DNA of 64,000 bases from the NCBI GenBank assembly GCA_963750125.1, contig CAVVPT010000011.1, positions 261,710 through 325,709 on the forward strand, given 5' to 3'. Source of the DNA: an uncultured Chloroflexia bacterium. Its GTDB lineage: Bacteria > Chloroflexota > Limnocylindria > Limnocylindrales > CSP1-4. The translations under genes were made by a program, and so were the position numbers. Below, in pieces: positions 38,649 through 47,767 of the stretch (within the stretch, counting starts at the first letter, position 1; every line of letters starts with the position of its first letter). Under the pieces are notes generated by a model. It worked only from the letters and a program-made list of their open reading frames with translations. It searched no databases and had not been told where the DNA came from.

Positions 38649-41223
38649 CGAGCCGATGGTACAGGAGTGGATCGGACAGCCGGATCGAGGCCGGAGGTCG
38701 GATCCGCGGCCCTCGCGTGGCAGCCGGATTCGTCTCCGCGGATCGCTGTGGCACGGCGCAGACGAAGGCCAGGGTCGCCGCGCCGCCGACGGCCCCGGAG
38801 GGCGTCGGACGGGGCGTCGGCCGCGGCCGGCCGCCACTCGAGCGGATCGCGATCGCGGTCGGCTCGAAGGTGACGCTGACGCTGCCGTCACGGTCCGTCC
38901 GATAGACACGGGCACCCCTCGCCTCGATCCGCGACAGCGTCGCCGGGGAGGGATGGCCGTATGGGTTGCCGGTGCCGGCTGACGCCACGGCGACCGTCGG
39001 ATCCACGGCGTCGAGGAAGGGATCGGTGGAAGCAGTCCGGCTGCCGTGGTGGGCGATCTTCAGCAGGTCCACGTGTCCGAGACGTGCCAGCAGCTCGGGG
39101 TCGACCTCCTGCTCGACGTCGCCCGTGAGCAGGAACCGGCGGCCGGCCACCGAGCCGAGCACGACGATCGACACGTTGTTGATCCCGGTGCCGGCGTCCG
39201 GTGGCTCGCGGGGCACGGAACCGGGCATCGGCCACAAGACCTCGAGCGCGATGTCGTCGACCGACAGCCGATCCCCGGCAGCGAGGAGGCCGCCCGGCGT
39301 CGGGCGACCGGCCAGTTCCGCTGCCCACGCTGCGTAGCCCGGACCTGGCCCGAGCATTCCGGGCTCGAAGGTGCGAGCCACGCGATATCGCTCGAGCAGC
39401 ATGGCAAGCCCGGCGACGTGGTCCTCGTGCGGGTGCGACAGGACGACCGCGTCAAGCCGGCGATCCCACGGCGGGATCCGCCGATCGAGCTCGACGAGCA
39501 GGCGGTCCGGATCCGGCCCACCGTCGATGAGCAATCGCCCGCCGCCCGAGCCCTCGACGAGGATCGCGTCGCCCTGTCCGACGTCAAGGACTGTCACCGT
39601 GGGGTGGCCCGACGGCCGTTCGACGACGACCGCGGCCGTCAGCACGATCGATGATGCCAGGGCGAGCAGAGCGAGCCGCGTCGGGCGAGACCAGCGCGCA
39701 GCGCGGGGTCGTGCCGCGGGCATCCGGCCGGGCATCGCCGTCGGCGCGCGGGACGCTGGGCGCCTCGAGGGCTGCCGCTGCCGACGGCGCCGCCACTCCA
39801 CGATCGCAACGGCTCCGACACTCCCGAGCGCCGCGACAAGGTTCACTGGCGGATCGAGCGTGGCGCTCGCATACGGCACGTCGGCGGCGACTCGGGCGAT
39901 CGCGACCATGATCGTCAGCGCCACCCAGCCGGGAAACGCGAGGATCGCCGCCAGCGCCTCCGGCGCGCCGATCTCCGCCAGCACGCCCGCGCCGAGCGCG
40001 ACGCCGCCGGCGGCCATGGCGATCGGCACGAACGGGACGATGCACAGATTGGCCGCGGGCGAGATCAGGGCAAGGCGGCCGAATGTTGCGAGGACGACCG
40101 GCAGCGTGGCCGCCTGCGCCGCAAGCGACACGCCGAGGCTCTCCGCCAGCCAGCCCGGCACGCGTCCACCGCCGAGGCGACCGATCCGCTCACCGAGCGG
40201 CGTCGCCCAAGCGATGAGGCCCGCCGTCGCGAGGGACGACAGCTGGAAGCCCGCGTCGGCGATGAGCGACGGGTCGGCCAGCAAGAGCAGCACGACGGCC
40301 CACCCGAGCGCAGCAGCCGCCCGCCCGGCACGCCCCGACTCGCGCGCCAGCAGGACCACGCCGGCCATGGCCGCCGCGCGAACGACCGACGGCGATGCTC
40401 CGGCGAAGCAGACGTAGGCGACGATCGCAAGCATCGTCAAGACCGATCGCCGCCGCCGACCCAGCGAGCCGCCGAGCGCGGCGGTGGCGGCCGCGACGAT
40501 CGCGATGTTCCAGCCGGAGATCGCGACCACGTGGCTTACGCCGGCCGTCGTGAAGTCGGCGGCGAGCTCGCGGTCGACGCGGTCGCGCAGCCCGATCAGG
40601 ATCCCGGCCGCGAGCCCCGCCTCTGGCTCGGGCAGGACGCGCGCAAGCGCTTCCGCTGCGCCCCTGCGCACCGTTTCCAGCGCTGCAGCGGGTTCGACTG
40701 GTCCCGGTTCGAGCTCGAGGCCATCGGCACGAATCGTGCCGGCGACACCGGTCCGCTCGAGGTATGCGCCGTATGGCGAGTCGGGACGCGGCTCGGGCGG
40801 CCCGTCGACAGTGATCCGCTGGCCCGGCGCGACGACCGGGTAGCGGGGGAGCGTGGCGGCAAGTCTGACGGTACGTGTGCCGCCCTCGACGAGTTCGATC
40901 GTGGCCATCTGCTGGCCTTCGCGCGCCGCGCCGGTGGCGACCACGACGGCGTGCCACGGTCCTTCGCCATCCGGCAGCGCATCGCCACCGATCGACGGCG
41001 GCGGCAGGACGGTCAGGCGGACGGCGATGGCCGCTGCCGCGCACAGGATGGCCGCGGCTGCCGGTACATGACGACGCCGGAGCCAGCCGGGCATCGCGCC
41101 CGCGAGCATCAGCACGATCGCCGTGGCCATCGCGAGCCCGCCCGCGAGGATCCGCAGGCCCAGCATCTCGCTACACAGCGCCGCGCCGACGGCACCGATC
41201 GCCAGCCAGCCAGTTCGAGGCAT
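38645..41223 (-). CDS. comEC: DNA internalisation competence protein ComEC/Rec2 (C-terminal frame break somewhere in 38,650-38,890)
   Basis: Competence membrane domain plus MBL domain (VLDVGQGDA, LSHPHEDHVAGL, KIAHHGS). The only stop that fits is a TGA overlapping the HD ATG, and it lies in a shifted frame. Confidence 0.85.
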
Positions 41224-41224
41224 G

Positions 41225-41977
41225 TCAGTGCACGACGACGAGGTCGCGGACCTTCTCGAATGTCTTCTCGCCGAGGACGCCCCGAGAGCGCAGCTCGTCG
41301 ACCGTCGTGAACGGCTGTTCCTCGCGGGCGGCGATGATCTTGCCCGCCGTAGCGGGCCCGATGCCGGGCAGCGCCTCGAGCTCGGCGGACGTCGCGGCGT
41401 TCAGGTCCACGAGAACGCCCGACCCGGCTGGCGGCACACCGCCACCGGTGTTGGCTGTACCGACCGGCGCCGCGGTGTCATCGCGCGATGGAACCCGCAC
41501 CTGGTCGCCGTCGGCGAGCAGTGCCGCGAGGTTCAGGTTTCGACTGGCACGATCGACGTCGACCCTGGGGCTATAGCCGCCGGCGGCATCGACCAGGTCG
41601 CCAACTCTTGTGCCGGCCGACAGGTGGTAGACGCCCGGGCGAGTGATCGCCCCAACGATCTCCACGACGAGCTCCCCACCTCCAGCAGGCTGGAGAGCGT
41701 CGCCGGATGGACTCGGCAGCGGCTCGTCACCGGCAACGACGAGCGATCCACCGCCTGAACCCATCGCCAGGAAGAACGCGGCAACCGCGAGCACAAGTGC
41801 CCCAGCGGCGGCCGCGATTGCCGGCACTGGAATGCCTGCCTGCCGTGGCGACGGCTCCTCCGCAGCAGGCGCCTCGGCGTCCAGGCTCCGCCAGGGCGCG
41901 GCGTTTGGATCCACGGTGGCCTCCTCCACCGGCGGGAGGCATTGCTGCGGACGCCGCACTGTTCGACGTCCCGCCAC
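41225..41977 (-). CDS. comEA: ComEA (membrane anchor, SLBB-like region, helix-hairpin-helix DNA binding)
   Basis: C-terminus [40 protein letters not shown]. The start is uncertain. Confidence 0.85.
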   Translation of the reverse strand: MAGRRTVRRPQQCLPPVEEATVDPNAAPWRSLDAEAPAAEEPSPRQAGIPVPAIAAAAGALVLAVAAFFLAMGSGGGSLVVAGDEPLPSPSGDALQPAGGGELVVEIVGAITRPGVYHLSAGTRVGDLVDAAGGYSPRVDVDRASRNLNLAALLADGDQVRVPSRDDTAAPVGTANTGGGVPPAGSGVLVDLNAATSAELEALPGIGPATAGKIIAAREEQPFTTVDELRSRGVLGEKTFEKVRDLVVVH

Positions 41978-42061
41978 GTTGGGGGCACTTCCGACGCGGC
42001 AGGACGTCTTCGCGGACTCTAGCGAAGCCCTCTTAGCCTGCGGCTTATCGCGTATCCCGGA

Positions 42062-42487
42062 TCAGGCCTCCGGATCGAGCTCCAGCGACGCCGAGTTGAT
42101 GCAATAGCGCAGCCCGGTCGGGTTCGGGCCGTCGTCGAAGACGTGGCCGAGGTGGCCGCCGCATGCCGCGCAATTCGCCTCGGTCCGGGTCATGAACCAC
42201 GACCGATCCGTTTCGGTCGCGACAGCATCCGAGCTCGCCGGAGCGAAGAAGCTCGGCCAGCCCGTCCCCGAGTCGAACTTGGTCTCTGACCGGAACAGCT
42301 CGGCGCCGCAGCCGGCGCAGCGGTAGGTGCCGGGGCGATGGTCGTCCCACAGGGCGCCCGTAAACGCCCGCTCTGTGCCCTTCTGGCGGAGGACCCGGTA
42401 CTGCTCGGGCGTGAGCTCGGCACGCCATTCGGCGTCGGACTTGTCGATGGCGAGCGTTGGGGCAGGGGTGGTTTCGGTATCGCTCAT
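42062..42487 (-). CDS. msrB: Peptide-methionine (R)-S-oxide reductase
   Basis: Translated from the in-frame ATG at 42487 in ORF 42062..42859. Contains [23 protein letters not shown] and RYCINS. Confidence 0.9.
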   Translation of the reverse strand: MSDTETTPAPTLAIDKSDAEWRAELTPEQYRVLRQKGTERAFTGALWDDHRPGTYRCAGCGAELFRSETKFDSGTGWPSFFAPASSDAVATETDRSWFMTRTEANCAACGGHLGHVFDDGPNPTGLRYCINSASLELDPEA

Positions 42488-42555
42488 GGCGTCAACGATA
42501 CGACGTCCCCATGTCGGTTCGATGACGGGGTAACGCGCTGGACGTTGCCGACCGG

Positions 42556-42972
42556 TCAGTCCGCCGGCAACCGTTCCCATTCGACCCAGCGCGTGCCGTC
42601 CCACAAGCGGTGCCAGATCATTCCATCGCGCCCTGGCGCCCAGACATCGATCCGGTCGGCGGCCCACGAGCTGGCCGCGGGCGTCCCGGTCAGCTCGCCG
42701 CCGAGCGACTCCCAGTCGTGCCAGTACGAGCCATCCCAGTAGCGGTTCCAGAGCTGGCCGTCGCCGAAAATCGCGAAGACCTGGAGCTCGTCGACGCCCC
42801 ACGCGGTTGCCGCTGGCGGGGAAGCCAGGGTGCCGCCGAGGGACTCCGGTTCCCGCCATGTGTCGCCGTCACGGACACGGTGAATGAGCCCGCCGTCCGC
42901 ACCGACCCAGAAGAGGTCGATCCGGCCAGGGGCCCACGACACCGCGGAGACGCCGTCAGGCGCCGTCGTCAT
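42556..42972 (-). CDS. Three-repeat beta-propeller-blade protein (PLL/DUF346-like W-rich repeats), 138 aa
   Basis: Three units of about 45 aa: [18 protein letters not shown]...[43 protein letters not shown] and [30 protein letters not shown]. Confidence 0.6.
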   Translation of the reverse strand: MTTAPDGVSAVSWAPGRIDLFWVGADGGLIHRVRDGDTWREPESLGGTLASPPAATAWGVDELQVFAIFGDGQLWNRYWDGSYWHDWESLGGELTGTPAASSWAADRIDVWAPGRDGMIWHRLWDGTRWVEWERLPAD

Positions 42973-42985
42973 GCGGGGGACGATA

Positions 42986-43210
42986 TCAGTGGCTGTGGCT
43001 CGCGGGGAGGCGAGGCTGCGTGCGCTGCTCGGTCGGTAGCGTGTCGTCGAACAGCGAGCGGACGCCGCGGACGGCGTCGGTCAAGCGGCGCCGTATCCAG
43101 TTCGGGCGGCCGGCATCGGCGACGAGCCGGCGGTGGGCACGCTGACGCTGTGCCTCGCGCGCACGCTCGTTGGCGAGATCCATCGCGAGCAGTGTGTAGA
43201 AGTGATGCAT
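42986..43210 (-). CDS. Hypothetical basic 74-aa protein
   Basis: ORF with GGAG 7 nt upstream of the ATG. It begins MHHFYTLLAMDLANERAREAQRQRAHRRL. No family assigned. Confidence 0.45.
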   Translation of the reverse strand: MHHFYTLLAMDLANERAREAQRQRAHRRLVADAGRPNWIRRRLTDAVRGVRSLFDDTLPTEQRTQPRLPASHSH

Positions 43211-43271
43211 CGTGGGCTCCAGGTGTCGTTCGGGCAGGTGGTAATTGGCAGGCCGCAGGCGATGTGTGCCC

Positions 43272-43367
43272 TTAGCGGCCTTCGCGTGTACCGTTCCAGT
43301 CGATCGTCGTGAGGTCGACGGCGATCAGAGCGGCAAGGGCGGCAAGGAGCACGAACAGGGCTTCCAC
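43272..43367 (-). CDS. Candidate 31-aa single-transmembrane micropeptide
   Basis: CCGGAGGT, 6 nt, then GTG. Translation: (M)EALFVLLAALAALIAVDLTTIDWNGTREGR-stop. GC3 is high across the hydrophobic core. The longer ORF-track version would run through the operator region. Confidence 0.4.
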   Translation of the reverse strand: MEALFVLLAALAALIAVDLTTIDWNGTREGR

Positions 43368-43390
43368 GGGGGACCTCCGGCTTGGTCCCA

Positions 43391-43469
43391 AGTAACCACT
43401 TGGAACGCTTTGAGTGGTTACTACTTTAGTCCCTTGCGCGTAACCTGTCAAGGCGATTATAGTGGTTAT
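43391..43469. promoter_or_regulatory. Operator-like palindromes in a low-GC divergent control region
   Basis: AGTAACCACT-N12-AGTGGTTACT is a perfect 10-bp inverted repeat (43391-43422). A second, degenerate pair consists of GTAACC (43440-43445) and AGTGGTTAT (43461-43469), just before ATG 43474. Confidence 0.5.
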
Positions 43470-43473
43470 TGTC

Positions 43474-44088
43474 ATGACAACGTTCCATCTCGAACAGCGT
43501 CCAGCCGGCCACGATCACGGGGTCCAGCTCGACGACACGTTCGACTTCATCAACACCCTCGAAAACGACGCGAACGACGGGACACCCAACGAGCACCTCC
43601 CGTCCGCCGAGCAGGCCGTGCAGTGGTTTGCCGCGCGCGGGCTGATCCACGCCGAGTCGCTCGACGCGTCCGAGAAGGACCTCGAGCACATCCGGACCGT
43701 GCGGGCGGCGCTGCGAGAGGTGACCGATGCGGTGGTCGAGAACCGTGCCCCGAAGCCCAGCTCGCTCGACCGGGTGAACCGCACCCTCCGCGCTCGTGCA
43801 TCAATGGAGCTGGTTGCCGGTCCGGACGGTGTGGGCATTGGCCATCGCCACGTCGGCGACCCGATCAACGACGCCCTTGCGCGCGTGACTGAGCCGCTCG
43901 TCCAGGAGCTGGCTTCCGGCAACCCGGAGCGCCTGCGCGTCTGTGCCAACGACCTGTGCCGTTGGGTGTTCTACGACGAGTCGCGCGCGGGCCAGCGGCG
44001 CTGGTGCGACATGGCGAGCTGTGGCAACCGGGCCAAGGCCGCGCGGCATCGCGCCCGGCAGAAGGCCGCCGCCACGGCGGACGCGTGA
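43474..44088 (+). CDS. CGNR zinc-finger (ABATE-domain) putative transcription regulator
   Basis: C-terminus CANDLCRWVFYDESRAGQRRWCDMASCGNRAKAARHR. Confidence 0.85.
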   Translation: MTTFHLEQRPAGHDHGVQLDDTFDFINTLENDANDGTPNEHLPSAEQAVQWFAARGLIHAESLDASEKDLEHIRTVRAALREVTDAVVENRAPKPSSLDRVNRTLRARASMELVAGPDGVGIGHRHVGDPINDALARVTEPLVQELASGNPERLRVCANDLCRWVFYDESRAGQRRWCDMASCGNRAKAARHRARQKAAATADA

Positions 44089-44540
44089 CCGAGCGGCCCA
44101 AGCCACGATCCCTGCTCGCGCGCCGGTTCGATCCCGCCGAGCTGCGCGAGATCAAGCGCCTCTGGGTGCGCCACTCGATCGCCGAGGACGCCCGCGACAT
44201 CGACGGGCTCGTGGCAACCCTCACGCCGAACTGCGCCTACGAGATGATCCCGACTGGCCAGCGCTGGGAGGGGCACGACGGCGCCCGTGGGTTCTACGCC
44301 GAACTGTTCGCAGCGTTCCCCGACAACCGGTTCGAGCTGATCGACATCGTCGTCGGGCCGCAGGGCGTCTTCGAGGCGGCCCGTCTCAGCGGAACCAACC
44401 TCGGGCCCTGGGCTGGCGTGCCCGCGTCCGGGTTGCCGATCTCCCTGGAGGTGTTGATCCTGTTCCCGTGGGACCCCGTCACGCGCCTGTTCCTCGGGGA
44501 GCGGATCTGGTTCGACCGCGGCGAAATCTCGTCGCAATGA
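44085..44540 (+). CDS. SnoaL-like / NTF2-fold protein (ester-cyclase-like)
   Basis: The GTG start overlaps the upstream TGA. About 150 aa with an NTF2-like pattern (HDGARGFYAELFAAFPD...). Confidence 0.65.
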   Translation: MTERPKPRSLLARRFDPAELREIKRLWVRHSIAEDARDIDGLVATLTPNCAYEMIPTGQRWEGHDGARGFYAELFAAFPDNRFELIDIVVGPQGVFEAARLSGTNLGPWAGVPASGLPISLEVLILFPWDPVTRLFLGERIWFDRGEISSQ

Positions 44541-44585
44541 AGCTCCGCTGAAGAATCCGGGCACCAGCGACGTCCTAGTCTGTGA

Positions 44586-45179
44586 GTGCGGCAAGTGACC
44601 GCACCGCAATCCGAGGGGTCGGCGGTGACGTCCGAGCTCGTCGAACGCGCACAGCGGGGCGATCACGAGGCATTCGATGCGCTCGCGACCGCCGCATACC
44701 ACCGCCTGTACGCAATCGCGAGGCGGATCCTGCGCGATGGGTATGCCGCGGAGGATGCCGTTCAGGACGCACTCGTCAAGGCGTGGCGAGAGATCCGGGG
44801 TCTGCGTGACCCTGTCGCCTTCGACGCCTGGCTGCACCGGCTGCTCGTCAACTCCTGCAACGACCACGCCCGGCGATCGCGCCGGCGCCCAATCGAGTTG
44901 CCGGCCCTCCCGATCGACCGGGTGGAGCCGCGTGACGACTTCGCCCAGCTCGCCGACCGCGACGAACTGGAGCGAGCCTTCCTCGAACTTTCCGTCGAGC
45001 ACAGGGCGGTGCTCGTCCTGACCCACTACCTCGGTCTTCCAACCGACGAGGTGTCCCGAATGCTCGGGATCCCGCCGGGGACCGTCGCCTCACGCCTTCA
45101 CTACGGCGCGCGAGCAATGCGCGCGGCTTTGAGCCGCGACGCCGCGCTGCCGGCCACCACCCCGGAGCCCGGACGATGA
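44586..45179 (+). CDS. ECF-type RNA polymerase sigma factor
   Basis: Region 2 DAVQDALVKAWREI and region 4 PTDEVSRMLGIPPGTVASRLHYGR. Start ambiguous among GTGs at 44586, 44595 and 44622. Confidence 0.9.
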   Translation: MRQVTAPQSEGSAVTSELVERAQRGDHEAFDALATAAYHRLYAIARRILRDGYAAEDAVQDALVKAWREIRGLRDPVAFDAWLHRLLVNSCNDHARRSRRRPIELPALPIDRVEPRDDFAQLADRDELERAFLELSVEHRAVLVLTHYLGLPTDEVSRMLGIPPGTVASRLHYGARAMRAALSRDAALPATTPEPGR

Positions 45180-46445
45180 ACGAGTCGATGGATCGCGTGC
45201 TCGCCGAATGGCTGCGCGAAGGACCGGAGAGCGGTCCCCGCGAAGGGCTGGAGCGCGCACTCGCCGCGACTCGACGCGTCGGCCAGAAGCCTGGGTGGGC
45301 CCTCCCCGAAAGGTGGCTCCCGATGCAACTGACCATGGCACGGACGCCGTCACTGCGTCCGATCCTCGCGATCGTGCTGGTGGCCCTGCTGACGCTGGCG
45401 CTCGTCGCCGCGGCGCTCTTCATCGGATCAAACCGTCGGCCACTGCCCGCGCCGTTCGGTCCTGCTCGCAACGGCGCAGTCGTGTTCGATCAGGGCGGCG
45501 ACCTGATCATCGCCGACGATCTGTCCGGCGAAACGCGAGCGCTCGTCGCTGGTCCAGAGACAGATTCCTGGCCGAGGTTCTCAAACCAGGGCGATCGGAT
45601 CGCCTTCATCCGGGCAGGCGAAGGCGGATTTCGAGCTGAGATCGGTCGAGCCCGACGGCTCGGGCAACCAGGTGCTCGGGGCGTTCCCGGGCGAGTTCAA
45701 CAGGTTCTCATGGTCGCCCGATGGAAGCCGCATCCTTGTGAACGTCACGGAATCGGATGTCACCGGGTTCCGGTTTGCCGTCGCCAATACCGACGGCTCG
45801 GGTTACGACGACCTCGATCTCGGCGTGGCCGCCGACTATGGCTCATGGCGGCCAGACGGCCGGCACATCGTGTTCCGCGGCCAGCTTGACGACGGGACGG
45901 CCGGTGCATTCATCGCAAACGCCGACGGCTCGAACGTGCGGCAGCTGCCGATCGAATCCGTTGGGTTGGTTGACTTCGAAGGTCTGGCCTGGTCGCCTGA
46001 CGGCAAGCACCTGAGCTTCATGAGCGACGGCAGCCTGGGCGGCATCACGGGCTGGCAGATCAACGTTGCCGACATCGATGCCGACGGATCGCTCACGGAG
46101 TTGCATCGACTGGATCTCGATCCGGTCTCCCTCGACGAGCGACTGCCGATCTGGTCGCCGGACAGCAGCCGGCTCGCCTTCCTGCAGGAGATCGGCTCCA
46201 GGCGCCAGGTTGGGATCTTCAACGCGGACGGCTCGGGCTACCGTCTTCTCGGGCCTGAAGTGTCCTCGCTCCGGATCCTCGACTACACCTGGTCGCCGGA
46301 TGGCCGATCGCTGGTCATCACCGAGCTTCCAGAGCAGGAATCACGTCGAGAAGCCGAGCGCAAGATGTGGTCTGTCGACGTCGCGACCGGCGCGCAGACC
46401 GAAATCCAGACCCCGGTCGCAAGCTGGCAGCGCCTGGCGCAGTAA
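45176..46445 (+). CDS. Membrane-anchored PD40/TolB-like beta-propeller protein, partner of the ECF sigma (frame break near 45,625)
   Basis: The ATG overlaps the sigma stop. It has an N-terminal cytoplasmic segment and one transmembrane helix, then the repeats FSWSPDGSRI, LAWSPDGKHL, PIWSPDSSRL and YTWSPDGRSL. Confidence 0.75.
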
Positions 46446-46466
46446 TGCCCGCCGTCACAGGAAGCG

Positions 46467-46490
46467 GAGCCCGGGTTCACGCCCGGGCTC
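46467..46490. terminator. Bidirectional stem-loop between convergent genes
   Basis: GAGCCCGGG-TTCACG-CCCGGGCTC (9-bp perfect stem). Confidence 0.5.
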
Positions 46491-46495
46491 TCGCG

Positions 46496-47434
46496 CTACG
46501 CGCGCTCGAGCAGCGGGCGAACCTCGTTCGCGAGGCGCGTCTGCGACTCGTCGTCGTAGGGCGAGGGGAAGCCGGCGATCAGGTGCCGGTAGCCGATCTC
46601 GAGGTACGGCGCGAGGCGCTCGGCCACCTGCTCCGGCGTCCCGACCGCGATGTCGTCCCAGGGTCGGGCACGGCCGTTGTGCTCGAAGATCGAGCGGTGG
46701 ACCCGCCGCGCCTCGTCCTCGGAGTCGCGGATCACGACCGTGCCGATCCCGGTCGTCCGCTCGATCTCGGACGGGTCGCGCCCGACCGCCTCGCAGTGCT
46801 GGAGGAGTATCGCTCCTTGCGCCGCACGGCATCGATGCCGCCGCCGACGTTGTTGGCGTCGCCGTAGCGGGCGACGAGCCGGAGCGTGACCTGCTCGCCG
46901 CCGCCCCCGATAAGCAGCGGCAGGTGCTCCTGAAGCGGCAGGCGGATCGTTGCGCACGTCCGTCGTCGCGTAGTGCGGGCCGCGGGCCGACGGCCGCTCA
47001 CCGTGGAGCATGCCGCGCATGATCGGCAGCGCTTCGCCCAGCCAGCGCAGGCGTTCGGGCGGGCCGTCGCCGTACTCGAGCCCGTAGGCGCGATGTTCGG
47101 TCTCGAACCACGCGGCGCCGATGCCGAGGATCGCCCGGCCGCCCGAGATGTGGTCGAAGGTCGTGGCCAGCTTGGCGGTGAGCGCCGGGTTGCGGAACGT
47201 GTTCGCGCCGACCATCAGGCCGATCCGCACGCGCTCCGTCGTCGCGGCCCAGGCCGTGATCGCAAGCCAGCCCTCGAAGATGGGTCCTTCGTGGTTTCCG
47301 ACGATCGGGTAGAGGTGGTCCCACGTCCACAACGTGTCATAACCGAGCCGGTCGATCCGCTGGCCGGCCGCCAGCATGTTCGGCCAGTCCGCGTACTGGT
47401 TCCAGCAGTTCGCACCAAGTTTGATCGGGGGCAT
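46496..47434 (-). CDS. LLM-class (probably F420-dependent) oxidoreductase (frame breaks near 46,945 and 46,810)
   Basis: MPPIKLGANCWNQYADWPNMLAAGQRIDRLGYDTLWTWDHLYPIVG... The middle part LPLLIGGGGEQVTLRLVARYGDANNV lies in the frame of ORF 46732..47001. Confidence 0.8.
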   Translation of the reverse strand: MPPIKLGANCWNQYADWPNMLAAGQRIDRLGYDTLWTWDHLYPIVGNHEGPIFEGWLAITAWAATTERVRIGLMVGANTFRNPALTAKLATTFDHISGGRAILGIGAAWFETEHRAYGLEYGDGPPERLRWLGEALPIMRGMLHGERPSARGPHYATTDVRNDPPAASGAPAAAYRGRRRAGHAPARRPLRRRQQRRRRHRCRAAQGAILLQHCEAVGRDPSEIERTTGIGTVVIRDSEDEARRVHRSIFEHNGRARPWDDIAVGTPEQVAERLAPYLEIGYRHLIAGFPSPYDDESQTRLANEVRPLLERA

Positions 47435-47767
47435 TCGGTTCTCCTGGGCAGGGAGGCTGGGACCAGATTTACTCACATCGAACGAGGTCGCCGCTTGGGC
47501 GATCTCGGCCGTGGGCAGCCGGCACCGACGGTGAGTGCGACGACCTCTGGATCGCCGAGCCGCTGCGCGATCGATGGAGGGCGCGCATCGACACGTTCCG
47601 CGGTCGTCCGCGCTAGACTCGCGCACTAGAGCCCGAGGACGGGTTCGCCCTCCTCCCGCCAGCCAACCGACCCGCGGCTTCCCCAGCCGCGACCGCTGAG
47701 CCATCTCCTGGTGACGCACGATCGCTGGGCCGTCGGTCGTCGAGATCCAAGCATCTGGAGGTCCAGG

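Noticed and set aside
37003-41223. 1406-aa ORF that looks like a giant ComEC-HolA fusion protein
   Set aside because: The middle 200 aa are low-complexity read-through. A well-formed HD-domain gene occupies another frame there. ATGA start/stop overlaps at 38,645-38,648 and 38,052-38,055 define three separate genes. The missing comEC stop is best explained by an indel in its tail.
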